The notes under the pieces: generated by a model
What the model saw: only the letters and a program-made list of their open reading frames with translations
Told to the model about the DNA's origin: nothing
Database searches by the model: none
Made by a program: the position numbers and the translations under genes
In this document: one piece after another, positions 11,137 to 21,492 of the stretch
Layout of the letters: every line of letters starts with the position of its first letter
Numbering within the stretch: position 1 is the first letter of the stretch
Assembly: GCA_002427365.1 (NCBI GenBank)
Contig: DIQT01000015.1
Coordinates: 77,222-141,221, forward strand
Reading direction: 5' to 3'
DNA: 64,000 bases
Source of the DNA: Bacillales bacterium UBA5455
GTDB taxonomy: Bacteria > Bacillota_I > Bacilli_A > RFN20 > CAG-826

Positions 11137-12405
11137 ATGAAATTTGTCGTTGAAACATTAGGCTGTAAAGTTAATAGCTATGAAAGTGATGCATTAAGTG
11201 TCGCGCTACTTAATAGTGGTTTTTCACTAGCAAAAATTGACGAAGATGTTGATGTCGCTATTATTAATACGTGTTCCGTGACTTCAACAAGTGATAAAAA
11301 ATCACGCCAACAAATTCGTAAATTAATAAGAAGTTATCCAAACGCAATCGTTGTCGCAATGGGGTGCTATGTCCAAATCGCTCATAACGAACTTAAAACA
11401 ATTCCAGGTTTAGATATTTTAGTGGGTACATCTTTACGAAGTAGTATTCCAACCTTAATAGAACAATTTAAAAAAGATGGTAAGCAAATTGATGCGGTCG
11501 AAGAAGAACCGCGCTTATTTACGTATGAAGAAATTGTGGCAACTTCATATACTTCGCATACACGTGCCTATTTAAAAATCCAAGATGGGTGCGATAATTT
11601 TTGTAGTTATTGCATTATTCCATATTCGCGTGGGAAAAACCGATCCCGTTTAGAAAGTGAAGTCATCGCGGAAGCAGTTGCGCTCGTTGAAAAAGGGTAT
11701 CCCGAAATTGTTTTAACGGGCATTCATACGGGTGGTTATGGCTTTGACTTAGAAGCGACTAATTTAACTATTTTATGTAAGAAAATTTTAGCCGCGGCGC
11801 CTGGCCTTGTCCGACTTAGAATTTCTTCCTTAGAAGAAACAGAAATTACTAGTGAATTAATTCATTTAATTAAAACTGAACCACGGATGGCGAAGCATCT
11901 TCATATTCCGCTTCAAAGCGGGAGTTCGAAGGTTTTACGAAGAATGAATCGAAGATATGATACGGATGCATTTTTAGCAAAATTAGATGAAATTCGTCGG
12001 GAAATTCCTCTACTTGCAATAACCACTGATGTTATTGTTGGCTTTCCTGGTGAAGAGGAAGAAGAATTTAAGGAAACAGTCGCGTTTATTAAAAAAGCTA
12101 ACTTTAGTGAACTCCATGTTTTCCCATTTTCCTCACGAAGCGGCACACCCGCAAGTAAAATGCGCGGTCAAGTTGATCCCCAAGTTAAAAAAGACCGTGT
12201 GCAAGTTTTATTAGCGGTTAGTGAAGAATTAAATAAGAAGTATAAACAACAATTTGTTGGTCAAAGTCTAACGGTAATCTTTGAAAACTTTGATGAAAAT
12301 AAAAAAGTTTATCGCGGCCATACATCAAATTATTTATTAGTGGAACAAGCTAGTAACGAAAATTTATCCGGTAAAATAAAATCAGTAATTTATCAAATGC
12401 AATAA
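11137..12405 (+). CDS. mtaB: tRNA t6A37 methylthiotransferase MtaB (MiaB-like radical SAM enzyme, YqeV)
   Basis: MTTase N-terminal domain (ETLGCKVNSYES), radical SAM CxxxCxxC (CDNFCSYCIIP) and a TRAM domain. The position after dnaJ matches the Bacillus yqeV locus. Confidence 0.85.
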   Translation: MKFVVETLGCKVNSYESDALSVALLNSGFSLAKIDEDVDVAIINTCSVTSTSDKKSRQQIRKLIRSYPNAIVVAMGCYVQIAHNELKTIPGLDILVGTSLRSSIPTLIEQFKKDGKQIDAVEEEPRLFTYEEIVATSYTSHTRAYLKIQDGCDNFCSYCIIPYSRGKNRSRLESEVIAEAVALVEKGYPEIVLTGIHTGGYGFDLEATNLTILCKKILAAAPGLVRLRISSLEETEITSELIHLIKTEPRMAKHLHIPLQSGSSKVLRRMNRRYDTDAFLAKLDEIRREIPLLAITTDVIVGFPGEEEEEFKETVAFIKKANFSELHVFPFSSRSGTPASKMRGQVDPQVKKDRVQVLLAVSEELNKKYKQQFVGQSLTVIFENFDENKKVYRGHTSNYLLVEQASNENLSGKIKSVIYQMQ

Positions 12406-12473
12406 GTGTCGCATTTATATTAATAGACCCCAAGCCATAAAAACCGCTTTTCCTAAACAGTGTCGTAAAATTA

Positions 12474-12503
12474 TTGACATATTAATCCGCTTTTGTGTAT
12501 AAT
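12474..12503 (+). promoter_or_regulatory. sigma-A-type promoter for rpmF
   Basis: TTGACA, an 18-nt spacer and TATAAT. Confidence 0.5.
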
Positions 12504-12536
12504 GAGCATGCAAATAAAAAAGGAGGCGATATCGAT

Positions 12537-12854
12537 ATGGCAGTACCACAAAGAAGAGTCGGTAAAACAAGAAAAAGAAAACGGAGAGCTAATTTTAAAT
12601 TAACAGTTGAAGGACTTGCAACATGTTCCAATTGCGGAGCGTTAATTCCTTCTCACACTGTATGCCCAGAATGTGGCTATTACAAAGGCAATCCTGCTCG
12701 TAACGAAGACAAAGTCGAAGCTCAACAAGTTAATCCAAACAAACGGAAACGTGCGGGCCAAGGCAAAGGTCAAGAACCCGTTGCATCAGAAGTTAGTAAA
12801 TCTGGTGTTAAACGGACGAAAAAAGTTGTTGAATCCGAACCAAGTGAAGAGTAG
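12537..12854 (+). CDS. rpmF: 50S ribosomal protein L32 with a roughly 45-aa Lys/Glu-rich C-terminal extension
   Basis: [22 protein letters not shown] plus the CxxC...CxxCG zinc ribbon. AAGGAGG RBS precedes the start. The ORF-track start at 12495 lies inside the promoter. Confidence 0.85.
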   Translation: MAVPQRRVGKTRKRKRRANFKLTVEGLATCSNCGALIPSHTVCPECGYYKGNPARNEDKVEAQQVNPNKRKRAGQGKGQEPVASEVSKSGVKRTKKVVESEPSEE

Positions 12855-12862
12855 TAATTAAA

Positions 12863-12890
12863 AGCTGAATTTTATTCGGCTTTTTTATTT
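12863..12890 (+). terminator. rho-independent terminator after rpmF
   Basis: GCTGAAT-ttt-ATTCGGC followed by a T6 run. Confidence 0.6.
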
Positions 12891-12909
12891 AAAAAAATTA
12901 GATAGATAA

Positions 12910-12918
12910 TGGTATAAT
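12910..12918 (+). promoter_or_regulatory. extended -10 element (TGgTATAAT) only 6 nt upstream of the ATG at 12925; possible leaderless mRNA
   Basis: The predicted TSS is at or next to the start codon. There is no SD sequence. Confidence 0.4.
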
Positions 12919-12924
12919 AAGCGT

Positions 12925-13251
12925 ATGAAATGTCCCAATTGCCATCACGAAATTGAATCAAGTTTAACGAGCAAATGCCCAAACTGTGGGTTTAAGTTTG
13001 ATGATGAATTTTATATTTCGCAAGCAAATGAAAGCGAAGATACGAGCAATTTAGATAAAAGTATCGATCCTGATGATTATCCAACGGGTGGATTACCCTT
13101 TATTGCTCTAATTTTGCCCATATTAGGACTGCTCGCGATTATATTTCGGACAAAAAATAAGCCGTATACCCGGAAAATCTACGCGATTGCGACGATTGCG
13201 GGCGCTGTTGCGTGGGGGGCTGTCTTATTTCTAATTTTTAAACAATGGTAG
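12925..13251 (+). CDS. zinc-ribbon membrane protein (2 TM helices)
   Basis: CPNCHHE...CPNCG zinc ribbon followed by two hydrophobic helices. Confidence 0.5.
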   Translation: MKCPNCHHEIESSLTSKCPNCGFKFDDEFYISQANESEDTSNLDKSIDPDDYPTGGLPFIALILPILGLLAIIFRTKNKPYTRKIYAIATIAGAVAWGAVLFLIFKQW

Positions 13252-13274
13252 TTAACAAAATTCAAGGAGGAATT

Positions 13275-13958
13275 ATGAAATATTCAAAGTATATTGATCA
13301 CACCTTACTAAAGGCGGAAGCAACGCCCAAACAAATTATTGCTTTATGTAAAGAAGCGCACTTGTATGATTTTGCAAGTGTTTGTGTAAACTCAGGTTAT
13401 GTCAGTTTAGCTCGCCGCGAACGCGACCGCGACCGGGCCGATTATAAAATTTGTACCGTTGTTGGGTTCCCTCTTGGCGCGATGAGTACAAAAGCTAAAC
13501 TTGAAGAAACCAAAATTGCGTTAAAAGATGGTGCGGAAGAAGTTGATATGGTTATTAATGTCGGCTTATTAAAAGCGGGCAATTATGAAGCAGTTGAAAA
13601 TGAAATCGCCGTACTTAAAAAAGCGTGTAAGAAAAACGTCCTCAAAGTAATTATTGAAGCGTGTTTATTAACGCCGGAAGAAATCGTTAAAGTGTGCGAA
13701 CTTGCTAAAAGCGCCGGCGCTGATTACGTAAAAACTTCAACGGGTTTTTCAACTGGTGGAGCAAAAGTAGAAGATGTCGCTTTAATGCGGAAAACCGTTG
13801 GTCCAGAAATGGGTGTTAAAGCAAGTGGCGGCATTCATACACATGAACAAATGGTTGCCTTAATTAATGCAGGAGCGAGTCGGATTGGCGCAAGTAAAGG
13901 AAAAGCTTTATTAGAACCAAAAGGTGAAGAAAGCCCAAGTAACCCCGATAGTTACTAA
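13275..13958 (+). CDS. deoC: Deoxyribose-phosphate aldolase DeoC
   Basis: DHTLLK, ASVCVN, VVGFPLG and the Schiff-base lysine context DYVKTSTGF are present. AAGGAGG RBS; the ORF-track start at 13245 is upstream of the RBS. Confidence 0.9.
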   Translation: MKYSKYIDHTLLKAEATPKQIIALCKEAHLYDFASVCVNSGYVSLARRERDRDRADYKICTVVGFPLGAMSTKAKLEETKIALKDGAEEVDMVINVGLLKAGNYEAVENEIAVLKKACKKNVLKVIIEACLLTPEEIVKVCELAKSAGADYVKTSTGFSTGGAKVEDVALMRKTVGPEMGVKASGGIHTHEQMVALINAGASRIGASKGKALLEPKGEESPSNPDSY

Positions 13959-14008
13959 AAAAATCACTTTTTAATAAATTTTATAGATAAGTTAAGAAAA
14001 TTTAACAA

Positions 14009-14032
14009 AATGCACACGAAAAGATGCATTTA
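14009..14032 (+). other. hairpin (AAATGCA-N10-TGCATTT) between deoC and the rpsU promoter
   Basis: 7-bp perfect inverted repeat; weak terminator or regulatory hairpin. Confidence 0.3.
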
Positions 14033-14035
14033 TAC

Positions 14036-14064
14036 TTGCTAAATAACGGTTACATCGTTATAAT
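14036..14064 (+). promoter_or_regulatory. sigma-A-type promoter for rpsU
   Basis: TTGCTA, a 17-nt spacer and TATAAT. Confidence 0.55.
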
Positions 14065-14109
14065 ATTAACCGTGCTTAAAAAAGTTACGCGTGAAGGGAG
14101 TTGAGAACT

Positions 14110-14295
14110 ATGCCAAAAACAACAGTACGTGATAATGAAACACTTGATGAAGCGTTGCGTCGTTTTAAACGCCAAGTGAACAAAGCCGGCACCTTAACAG
14201 AAGCCCGCAAACGCGAATACTATGTTAAACCAGGGGTTAAACGGAGATTAAAAGCCGAAGCCGCCCAACGCAAACGCCGGAAAAAACGCCGGTAA
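14110..14295 (+). CDS. rpsU: 30S ribosomal protein S21
   Basis: [21 protein letters not shown] with an R/K-rich C-terminus. GAAGGGAG RBS; the ORF-track start at 14101 is a TTG upstream. Confidence 0.9.
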   Translation: MPKTTVRDNETLDEALRRFKRQVNKAGTLTEARKREYYVKPGVKRRLKAEAAQRKRRKKRR

Positions 14296-14312
14296 TTCTT
14301 ATTAGAATATTT

Positions 14313-14336
14313 AAAGCATCGAAAGATGCTTTTTTT
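14313..14336 (+). terminator. rho-independent terminator after rpsU
   Basis: AAGCATC-gaaa-GATGCTT followed by a T7 run. Confidence 0.75.
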
Positions 14337-14384
14337 CTTCCAAATTTAAGAAACCTGCACTATTTAAGGAGTGGAGGATTAAAG

Positions 14385-15581
14385 ATGGAATATATTTTAC
14401 ATCAAGCAACACCGAATAGTTGTGGAAGTGCGAGTTTAAAAATGCTCTTAGCGAATTTGTTTAAAAAAGAAAAGTATTTATATATTAATTATCGGGCAAA
14501 TAATGCAAGTTTAGAAGATTTAATACGCGAGGCAAAAAAGTATGAAGTCGAAATGAGCGCGTATGATACAAGTGAAGATAAAGAAAAGATCAAAGAAATT
14601 AAAACGCCAATCATCGCGGTAATTAATACGGGTAATACGAACCATTATGTTTATATTAAAAAACCAAATCGAGCAATTCTAACAATTTATGATCCAGTCC
14701 ATGGGAAATATTATGTGCGGCGGAGTGTCTTTTTAAAATACTTTACGGGGTATTTTATTAAAGTTGAAAGCTATAACATAGATGCGGATTTTGAAATTGC
14801 CAAGATAAAACGGCCCGTTAAATCAATTATCTTTAATATAATTTTGCAACTTTTTACTGTTGTGGCCTTTCTTGGCGCTTTTTACACAATGGATGAAAAT
14901 TTTACGATTGGAACATCATTATCGTTTTTAGGAATTAGTGCATTGTTACTATATATTGAACGCCTTCAATTAAATTATGCGATGAAACGCTATGATTATG
15001 ATGTAATTATGATTAATCTCGGCTCAAATACAACGATTACTCCCCAAATACTCAAAACAAGTATGGAATATAAAAAGATTATGTTTGGTAATCCGCTCCT
15101 ATTTATTAATAATATCTTAATGCTTGCGGTTATCGCGACTTTTATTGCTATTAACGAATGGATTCATTTATTAGCGCTAGCAATCGCGGTGTCCATTATT
15201 TTAATATTAAAAGAAGTAAGCATCTTTTATAAAGGAAAAGCGACGTTAAAACTTACGGAAAATGAACAAGCGCTTTATAAACATGCGTATTTAGAAGATG
15301 AAGGACTTGATTATGCCCAAGCGGTCGCGGAAACATCGTATCGTTATGGGAATTTTGTAATTTCCCTTAATGTTATTAAAGAAGTAGTCACGATTGGGCT
15401 GGTCATGCTTGTCATGGGAGTTAGCGAAATCGCTGCGGCTAATTATTTTATTTTTTATTACTTTACATATCACCTTTGTTTAGATAAAATCGGTGAAATT
15501 CTTTCGAGCACGACAAAAGCAAAAACAGTGTATGATTATAAGGAAAAGTTCTATAATATAATGTATGAAACGAGCAACTAA
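14385..15581 (+). CDS. Peptidase C39-like (double-glycine bacteriocin-processing type) domain fused to a polytopic transmembrane domain; no ABC ATPase domain
   Basis: The N-terminus HQATPNSCGSASLKMLL matches the Q-x5-CG-xA-x-L-xM Cys motif, and NHYVYIKK...IYDPVHG matches the His box of C39. Residues about 150-398 carry 4-6 hydrophobic helices. There is no Walker A/B motif and the protein ends at aa 398. RBS GGAGTGGAGGA. Confidence 0.6.
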   Translation: MEYILHQATPNSCGSASLKMLLANLFKKEKYLYINYRANNASLEDLIREAKKYEVEMSAYDTSEDKEKIKEIKTPIIAVINTGNTNHYVYIKKPNRAILTIYDPVHGKYYVRRSVFLKYFTGYFIKVESYNIDADFEIAKIKRPVKSIIFNIILQLFTVVAFLGAFYTMDENFTIGTSLSFLGISALLLYIERLQLNYAMKRYDYDVIMINLGSNTTITPQILKTSMEYKKIMFGNPLLFINNILMLAVIATFIAINEWIHLLALAIAVSIILILKEVSIFYKGKATLKLTENEQALYKHAYLEDEGLDYAQAVAETSYRYGNFVISLNVIKEVVTIGLVMLVMGVSEIAAANYFIFYYFTYHLCLDKIGEILSSTTKAKTVYDYKEKFYNIMYETSN

Positions 15582-15609
15582 CATACGAGTTTTATGGTAA
15601 AATAATAAT

Positions 15610-16492
<883 letters not shown>

Positions 16493-17374
16493 ATGAAAAG
16501 TGGCTTTATAAACGTTATTGGTCGACCAAATGTCGGTAAATCAACAATTATTAACGGGATTATTGGTGAAAAGATAGCCATTACCACCTCAAAACCCCAA
16601 ACAACGAGAAATATCATTCGGGGTATTTTAAATTTGGATGACGCGCAATTAGTATTTATTGATACTCCAGGTATTCATAAACCGCACCGGGCGTTAGGAG
16701 AACGGATGAACGCTTTAGCGTATGGTTCACTTTCCGGCGCGGATGCGACCGTTTTAGTCGTTGATGGCTCGCTTCCATTTGGAACTGGCGATCAATATTT
16801 AGTTGATAATTTAACATATGAAGCCCCCTTGTTTATTGTTTTAAATAAAATTGATTTAACATCCTTTGAATTAATCGGAAAGTTAAAAGAAAAATATCAT
16901 AATATTTATCCCCATGCGACATTAATCGAAATGTCGGCAATTCGTTCGTTTGGCTTTGATGACCTTGTTAAAGCTTTATTAGCGGTTATGCCTGAAGGGC
17001 CATTATATTTTCCCCGTGATATCGTTAGTGACCGCGGTGATGAATTTGTAATTACGGAAATAATTCGTGAAAAAGCGATGACACTCCTAGAACAAGAACT
17101 ACCGCACTCTGTTGCCGTCGTTTTGGATAAATATGAAATGAAAGAAAATCGTGATGATATTTATGCGACGATCGTTTGTGAACGCGATTCCCATAAAGGA
17201 ATGATTATTGGTAAAGGTGGCCAAATGATAAGAAAAATTCGTCATTTAGCCACAACGGATATTGTTAAGTTTTTAAAACACCCGATTGCGTTAGAATTAT
17301 ATGTCCGTGTTCAACCAAATTGGCGCGATGATCCAAAATATTTTAATGCCCTTGGACTTGAGGATGTCGAATAA
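16493..17374 (+). CDS. era: GTPase Era
   Basis: G1 motif GRPNVGKST, DTPG, NKID and a C-terminal KH domain. Confidence 0.95.
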   Translation: MKSGFINVIGRPNVGKSTIINGIIGEKIAITTSKPQTTRNIIRGILNLDDAQLVFIDTPGIHKPHRALGERMNALAYGSLSGADATVLVVDGSLPFGTGDQYLVDNLTYEAPLFIVLNKIDLTSFELIGKLKEKYHNIYPHATLIEMSAIRSFGFDDLVKALLAVMPEGPLYFPRDIVSDRGDEFVITEIIREKAMTLLEQELPHSVAVVLDKYEMKENRDDIYATIVCERDSHKGMIIGKGGQMIRKIRHLATTDIVKFLKHPIALELYVRVQPNWRDDPKYFNALGLEDVE

Positions 17375-17376
17375 GC

Positions 17377-18114
17377 ATGGAAGCAACTGGCTATATTATT
17401 CGGGTAACACCTTATCAAGAAGCAAACGCGATTGTTAATTTATTAACGGCTAATGGCCTCGTGACGTTTAGTGCCCGGGGTATTTTAAAGATAAATGCTA
17501 AAAACGCCTCCGCAATTCAACCTTTTCACTATGTTAAAGTCGATTTAGCTGAAGGAAAAATGGCGACCGCGCGGTATAGTTTAAAAAACGCGGAACTACT
17601 TTGTGGTGTCGAAAAAATTATTAATAATCTAACGGCGATGAGCGCTTTATTTACAATTGGCGAAATTGTTAATAAACTTTTTGTTAACGATGAAGAAATT
17701 AGTGAAATCTATCCATATTTTGCTGCGGCGATCAAAACTATTTTAAATGGCTTTGACCCATTTACGGCAATTTTACTATTTCTTGCCGCAAGTTTAAAAG
17801 TTGCGGGCTATGGCTTAGAAGTAAACCAATGCGTCAATTGTGGGAGTAAGAAGAACATTAAAGGATTTAGTGTCGAAGAAGGCGGTTTGTTATGTGAAAC
17901 GTGTTTACTTGAACAAGGCGGTAAATCATTAAGTCCACGAATGATTAATATCGTTCGGTATATCTTCCTTTTCCCTGCGGAAAAGTTTGCGCATACTAGC
18001 TTCGCAGAAAGCGAAAATTCATTGCTTATCAGTCAACTTCTAATTTATTTAAACGATATGTTAAATGTAAAAATCAACTCCTACAATGACTTTTTAAAAG
18101 TAAGTAAGGTCTAA
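17377..18114 (+). CDS. recO: DNA repair protein RecO
   Basis: N-terminal OB-fold and the CxxC...CxxC zinc motif (CVNCGSK...CETC). The position after era supports the call. Confidence 0.85.
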   Translation: MEATGYIIRVTPYQEANAIVNLLTANGLVTFSARGILKINAKNASAIQPFHYVKVDLAEGKMATARYSLKNAELLCGVEKIINNLTAMSALFTIGEIVNKLFVNDEEISEIYPYFAAAIKTILNGFDPFTAILLFLAASLKVAGYGLEVNQCVNCGSKKNIKGFSVEEGGLLCETCLLEQGGKSLSPRMINIVRYIFLFPAEKFAHTSFAESENSLLISQLLIYLNDMLNVKINSYNDFLKVSKV

Positions 18115-18152
18115 AGTACTTAACTGGTAACCATTTGACAAAAACAGTAAAA

Positions 18153-18180
18153 ACACCGATAATAATAGGTGTGCTTTTTT
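18153..18180 (+). terminator. hairpin plus T-run after recO (overlaps a possible glyQS promoter TTGACA-17-GATAAT at 18135-18163)
   Basis: ACACC-N11-GGTGT followed by GCTTTTTT. Confidence 0.4.
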
Positions 18181-18200
18181 AGTAGAAATGAGGAAAAAAT

Positions 18201-19568
18201 ATGGCAGAATATCCATTCGACAAGACTGTTACGCACCTTGTCACGAGCGGCTTTGTTTTCCAAGGCTCAGAAATTTATGGCGGTTTATCAAATACGTGGG
18301 ACTATGGACCACTAGGTTGCGAAGTTAAAAATAACATTCGTAAATATTGGTGGAAACGGTTTGTTCAACAATCACCATTAAACGTTGGGTTAGATTCCGC
18401 GATTTTAATGAATCCAAAAGTTTGGGAAGCGACGGGGCACGTTTCAACGTTTAACGATCCGTTAGTGGATTGTAAATATTGTAAATCACGGTATCGGGCG
18501 GATACATTAGTTGAAAATCAATTTCCTGATGTGGAAGTTGAAGCCTTAGATACAGCTGGGTTAAATGAATTTATTAAAAACCATAATGTTACTTGTCCAA
18601 ATTGTGGCAAAAGTGAATTTACCGAAATTCGCCAGTTTAATATGATGTTTAAAACGCATATTGGCGTTACGGAAGGGTCACAAAACCAAGTATATTTACG
18701 GCCCGAAACCGCGCAAGGAATATTTGTTAACTTTAATAATATTCAACGGTCCCAACGGTTAAAAGTCCCCTTTGGCGTCGCTCAAGTTGGTAAATCGTTC
18801 CGTAATGAAATTACTCCCGGAAACTTTATTTTCCGGACACGGGAATTTGAACAAATGGAACTCGAATTTTTCTGTAAACCAGGTACGGACCTCGATTGGT
18901 TTAAATATTGGAAAGACTTTATGTGGCAATTCTTACTCGATATGGGGATTACGGGCGAAAAACTTCGTTACCGTGACCATACACCACAAGAATTAGCTTT
19001 CTATTCGAAAGCGACAACCGATATTGAATATAAATTCCCCTTTGGTTGGGGCGAAATTTGGGGTATTGCGGACCGGACCGACTATGATTTAAAGCAACAT
19101 GCCGATTATAGTGGTAAACGGCTCGATTACCTTGATGCTGAAACGAATGAACGGTACACACCTTATTGTATTGAGCCATCCGTTGGACTTGATCGACTCT
19201 TCTTAATGACATTAACTGATGCGTACGAAGAAGAACAATTAGAAAAAGACACGCGGATTGTTTTACACCTTCACCCCCGCTTAGCGGCATATAAGGTCGC
19301 TGTCCTTCCTTTAGCGAAGAAACTTGGCGATAAGGCAAGTGAAGTTACAACGCTGCTAAGTAATCACTTTATGGTTACATATGATGAAACGGGATCGATT
19401 GGCAAACGCTACCGGCGCCAAGATGCAATTGGTACTCCTTATTGCGTAACGATCGATTTTGATACGTTAGAAGATGAATCGGTTACAATTCGCGAGCGTG
19501 ATTCGATGGAACAAATTAGATTACCAATTAGCGAACTTGTTAAGTTTATTCGGTCTAAAGTCGAATAA
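18201..19568 (+). CDS. glyQS: Glycine--tRNA ligase (class II, single-chain GlyQS type)
   Basis: 455 aa. The N-terminus has [28 protein letters not shown] and the class II motifs are present. Confidence 0.9.
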   Translation: MAEYPFDKTVTHLVTSGFVFQGSEIYGGLSNTWDYGPLGCEVKNNIRKYWWKRFVQQSPLNVGLDSAILMNPKVWEATGHVSTFNDPLVDCKYCKSRYRADTLVENQFPDVEVEALDTAGLNEFIKNHNVTCPNCGKSEFTEIRQFNMMFKTHIGVTEGSQNQVYLRPETAQGIFVNFNNIQRSQRLKVPFGVAQVGKSFRNEITPGNFIFRTREFEQMELEFFCKPGTDLDWFKYWKDFMWQFLLDMGITGEKLRYRDHTPQELAFYSKATTDIEYKFPFGWGEIWGIADRTDYDLKQHADYSGKRLDYLDAETNERYTPYCIEPSVGLDRLFLMTLTDAYEEEQLEKDTRIVLHLHPRLAAYKVAVLPLAKKLGDKASEVTTLLSNHFMVTYDETGSIGKRYRRQDAIGTPYCVTIDFDTLEDESVTIRERDSMEQIRLPISELVKFIRSKVE

Positions 19569-19619
19569 AAGTAAAATTAAAGTATAAAATTAGCAGATAT
19601 TTAGTCGGAAGGAGGCGCG

Positions 19620-21437
19620 ATGAGTCAAATAGACCAAAAAACATTGTTTGATGATATTGTCCGTCAGGCAAATATTGTTGATGTAATTAGTAGTTATATC
19701 AACGTTGAACGTCAAGGCCGAAACCATCGTGCGCTTTGTCCTTTTCATGATGATAAAAATCCTTCCTTAATGATTTCCGATGATAAACAAATTTTTAAAT
19801 GCTTTGTTTGTGGTGAAGGTGGGAATGCTTTAACCTTTGTGCAAAAGTATGAAAAACTTAGTTATCGCCAAGCCGCCGTTAAACTGGCAAATTTAATTGG
19901 ATATCGCGATGAACGGCTCGAAAACTTACAGAAGAAGTCGCCACTCCAAATTGAATTAAGTCCTTATTTTGAAGCAATGAAGGATTTAGCGAGCTATTAC
20001 CAATATGGTTTATTAACTGATGAAGGTAAGCAAGCGTATGATTATTTAAAAAACCGTGGGCTTAGTGATGAAATGATGAATAAGTATGGACTTGGTTATG
20101 CATTAAACACACCAGGGGCATCGCATGAATATTTAGTGAAAAAAGGCCATCTCGTCCGGGTTTTAGAAGATTTAGATTTATTTGTTGGTAGTGATAAAAC
20201 GACTGATCGCCTCCATGGCCGCGTTATTTTTCCAATTACAGATATAAATGGCCAAACGATTGGTTTTAGTGGCCGGATTTTATCAGGTGATAAAACACAA
20301 GCCAAATATTTAAACTCGAGTGAATCAAAAATCTTCCATAAAGGAACAATTTTATTTAATTTAGCGAATGCCGCGAAAGTGGCTAAGCGTGATGGCTATG
20401 TATATTTAGTCGAAGGATTTATGGATGTTTTTGCCCTTGATCATATTGGGATTAATTCCGCAGTAGCGTTGATGGGAACAGCATTTAGTAAAGACCACAT
20501 CCGTATTTTACGTCAATTAAATGTCGAAATTCGTTTAGCCCTTGATGGTGATGCCGCGGGGCAATTAGCGATGATGAAGGTCGCTAGCTTGCTTGATGAA
20601 GCAGGTTTAAAGTTTAAAATGGTTGATGCGGCTGGCGAAAAGCGTGATAGTGATGAAATTTATTTAGAATCCGGTTCCGATGCGTTATTAGCTTATTTAA
20701 ATAACCTTATTACCTATCCTGAATTTGCGCTTAATTACTACGCAAATACGAATACTCTAACAAATTTAGCGGAACGCCGTGATTTTGTCGCGAAGATGAT
20801 GCCAATTATTCAAAAAATTACTTCACCGTTAATTCGTGAAGAAATCTTAGCTAAATTAGCGAGTTTATCAGGCTTTGCTTTAGCGTCAATTAAACGGTCA
20901 TATGAAAATTTTGCCGCGAAAAATGCGCAAGAAATAAGTGCCTATCCAAGTGATTACCATCCAGAACGCGAAACATTACGCCGGTTTACAATGGCGGAAC
21001 GGTATTTACTCCAAGCAATGATCGCTGATGAACGGGCGATTACATATTACGAACAACATATTAAATATTTTTATGATGATATTTATCGGATAATCGCCGA
21101 ATATTTACTCGATTATTACCATAAATATGAAAAACTTGAAATAGCGGGTGTTATTAACGATTTACAAAGTGCGGACAATTTGCCATTACAAGAAGAAGTT
21201 ATTCAAGAGTTTTCGACGCTTGCGCTTCAAAAAAATGTGCCAAATTATTCAATTGAAGCCATGGACGAATATAAAGCAGCGATCGATGAAGAACGGGAAG
21301 AAAAACTTGCAAAAATGCGCTTAGAAAATTTACAAAAAGGGAAAAGTGATGACGAAAAAGCCCAAATTTTTAATGATTATTTAAAAGCGCGCGCAAAAGC
21401 CCAAATGATGAAGAAAAATTCGGACGGGGAGAGTTAA
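19620..21437 (+). CDS. dnaG: DNA primase DnaG
   Basis: Zinc-binding CPFHDDKNPSLMIS...CFVCGEGGN, a Toprim domain (EGFMDVFAL, DGDAAG) and a C-terminal helicase-binding domain. Confidence 0.93.
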   Translation: MSQIDQKTLFDDIVRQANIVDVISSYINVERQGRNHRALCPFHDDKNPSLMISDDKQIFKCFVCGEGGNALTFVQKYEKLSYRQAAVKLANLIGYRDERLENLQKKSPLQIELSPYFEAMKDLASYYQYGLLTDEGKQAYDYLKNRGLSDEMMNKYGLGYALNTPGASHEYLVKKGHLVRVLEDLDLFVGSDKTTDRLHGRVIFPITDINGQTIGFSGRILSGDKTQAKYLNSSESKIFHKGTILFNLANAAKVAKRDGYVYLVEGFMDVFALDHIGINSAVALMGTAFSKDHIRILRQLNVEIRLALDGDAAGQLAMMKVASLLDEAGLKFKMVDAAGEKRDSDEIYLESGSDALLAYLNNLITYPEFALNYYANTNTLTNLAERRDFVAKMMPIIQKITSPLIREEILAKLASLSGFALASIKRSYENFAAKNAQEISAYPSDYHPERETLRRFTMAERYLLQAMIADERAITYYEQHIKYFYDDIYRIIAEYLLDYYHKYEKLEIAGVINDLQSADNLPLQEEVIQEFSTLALQKNVPNYSIEAMDEYKAAIDEEREEKLAKMRLENLQKGKSDDEKAQIFNDYLKARAKAQMMKKNSDGES

Positions 21438-21492
21438 TCAAATGATTAATTTTCCGACGATAAATTTAAAATTATGAAAGGAAAAGTCACTA

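Noticed and set aside
12495-12536. ORF-track upstream extension of rpmF (GTG start at 12495)
   Set aside because: The extension covers the TTGACA-18-TATAAT promoter and the AAGGAGG RBS. The true start is the ATG at 12537 (MAVPQRR, the canonical L32 N-terminus).
12673-12861. 62-aa Lys-rich ORF in an alternate frame across the L32 C-terminal extension; possible programmed frameshift
   Set aside because: The stretch is purine-rich and T-poor, so stop codons are rare in all frames by composition alone. There is no slippery heptamer and no downstream structure. It is treated as a composition artefact.
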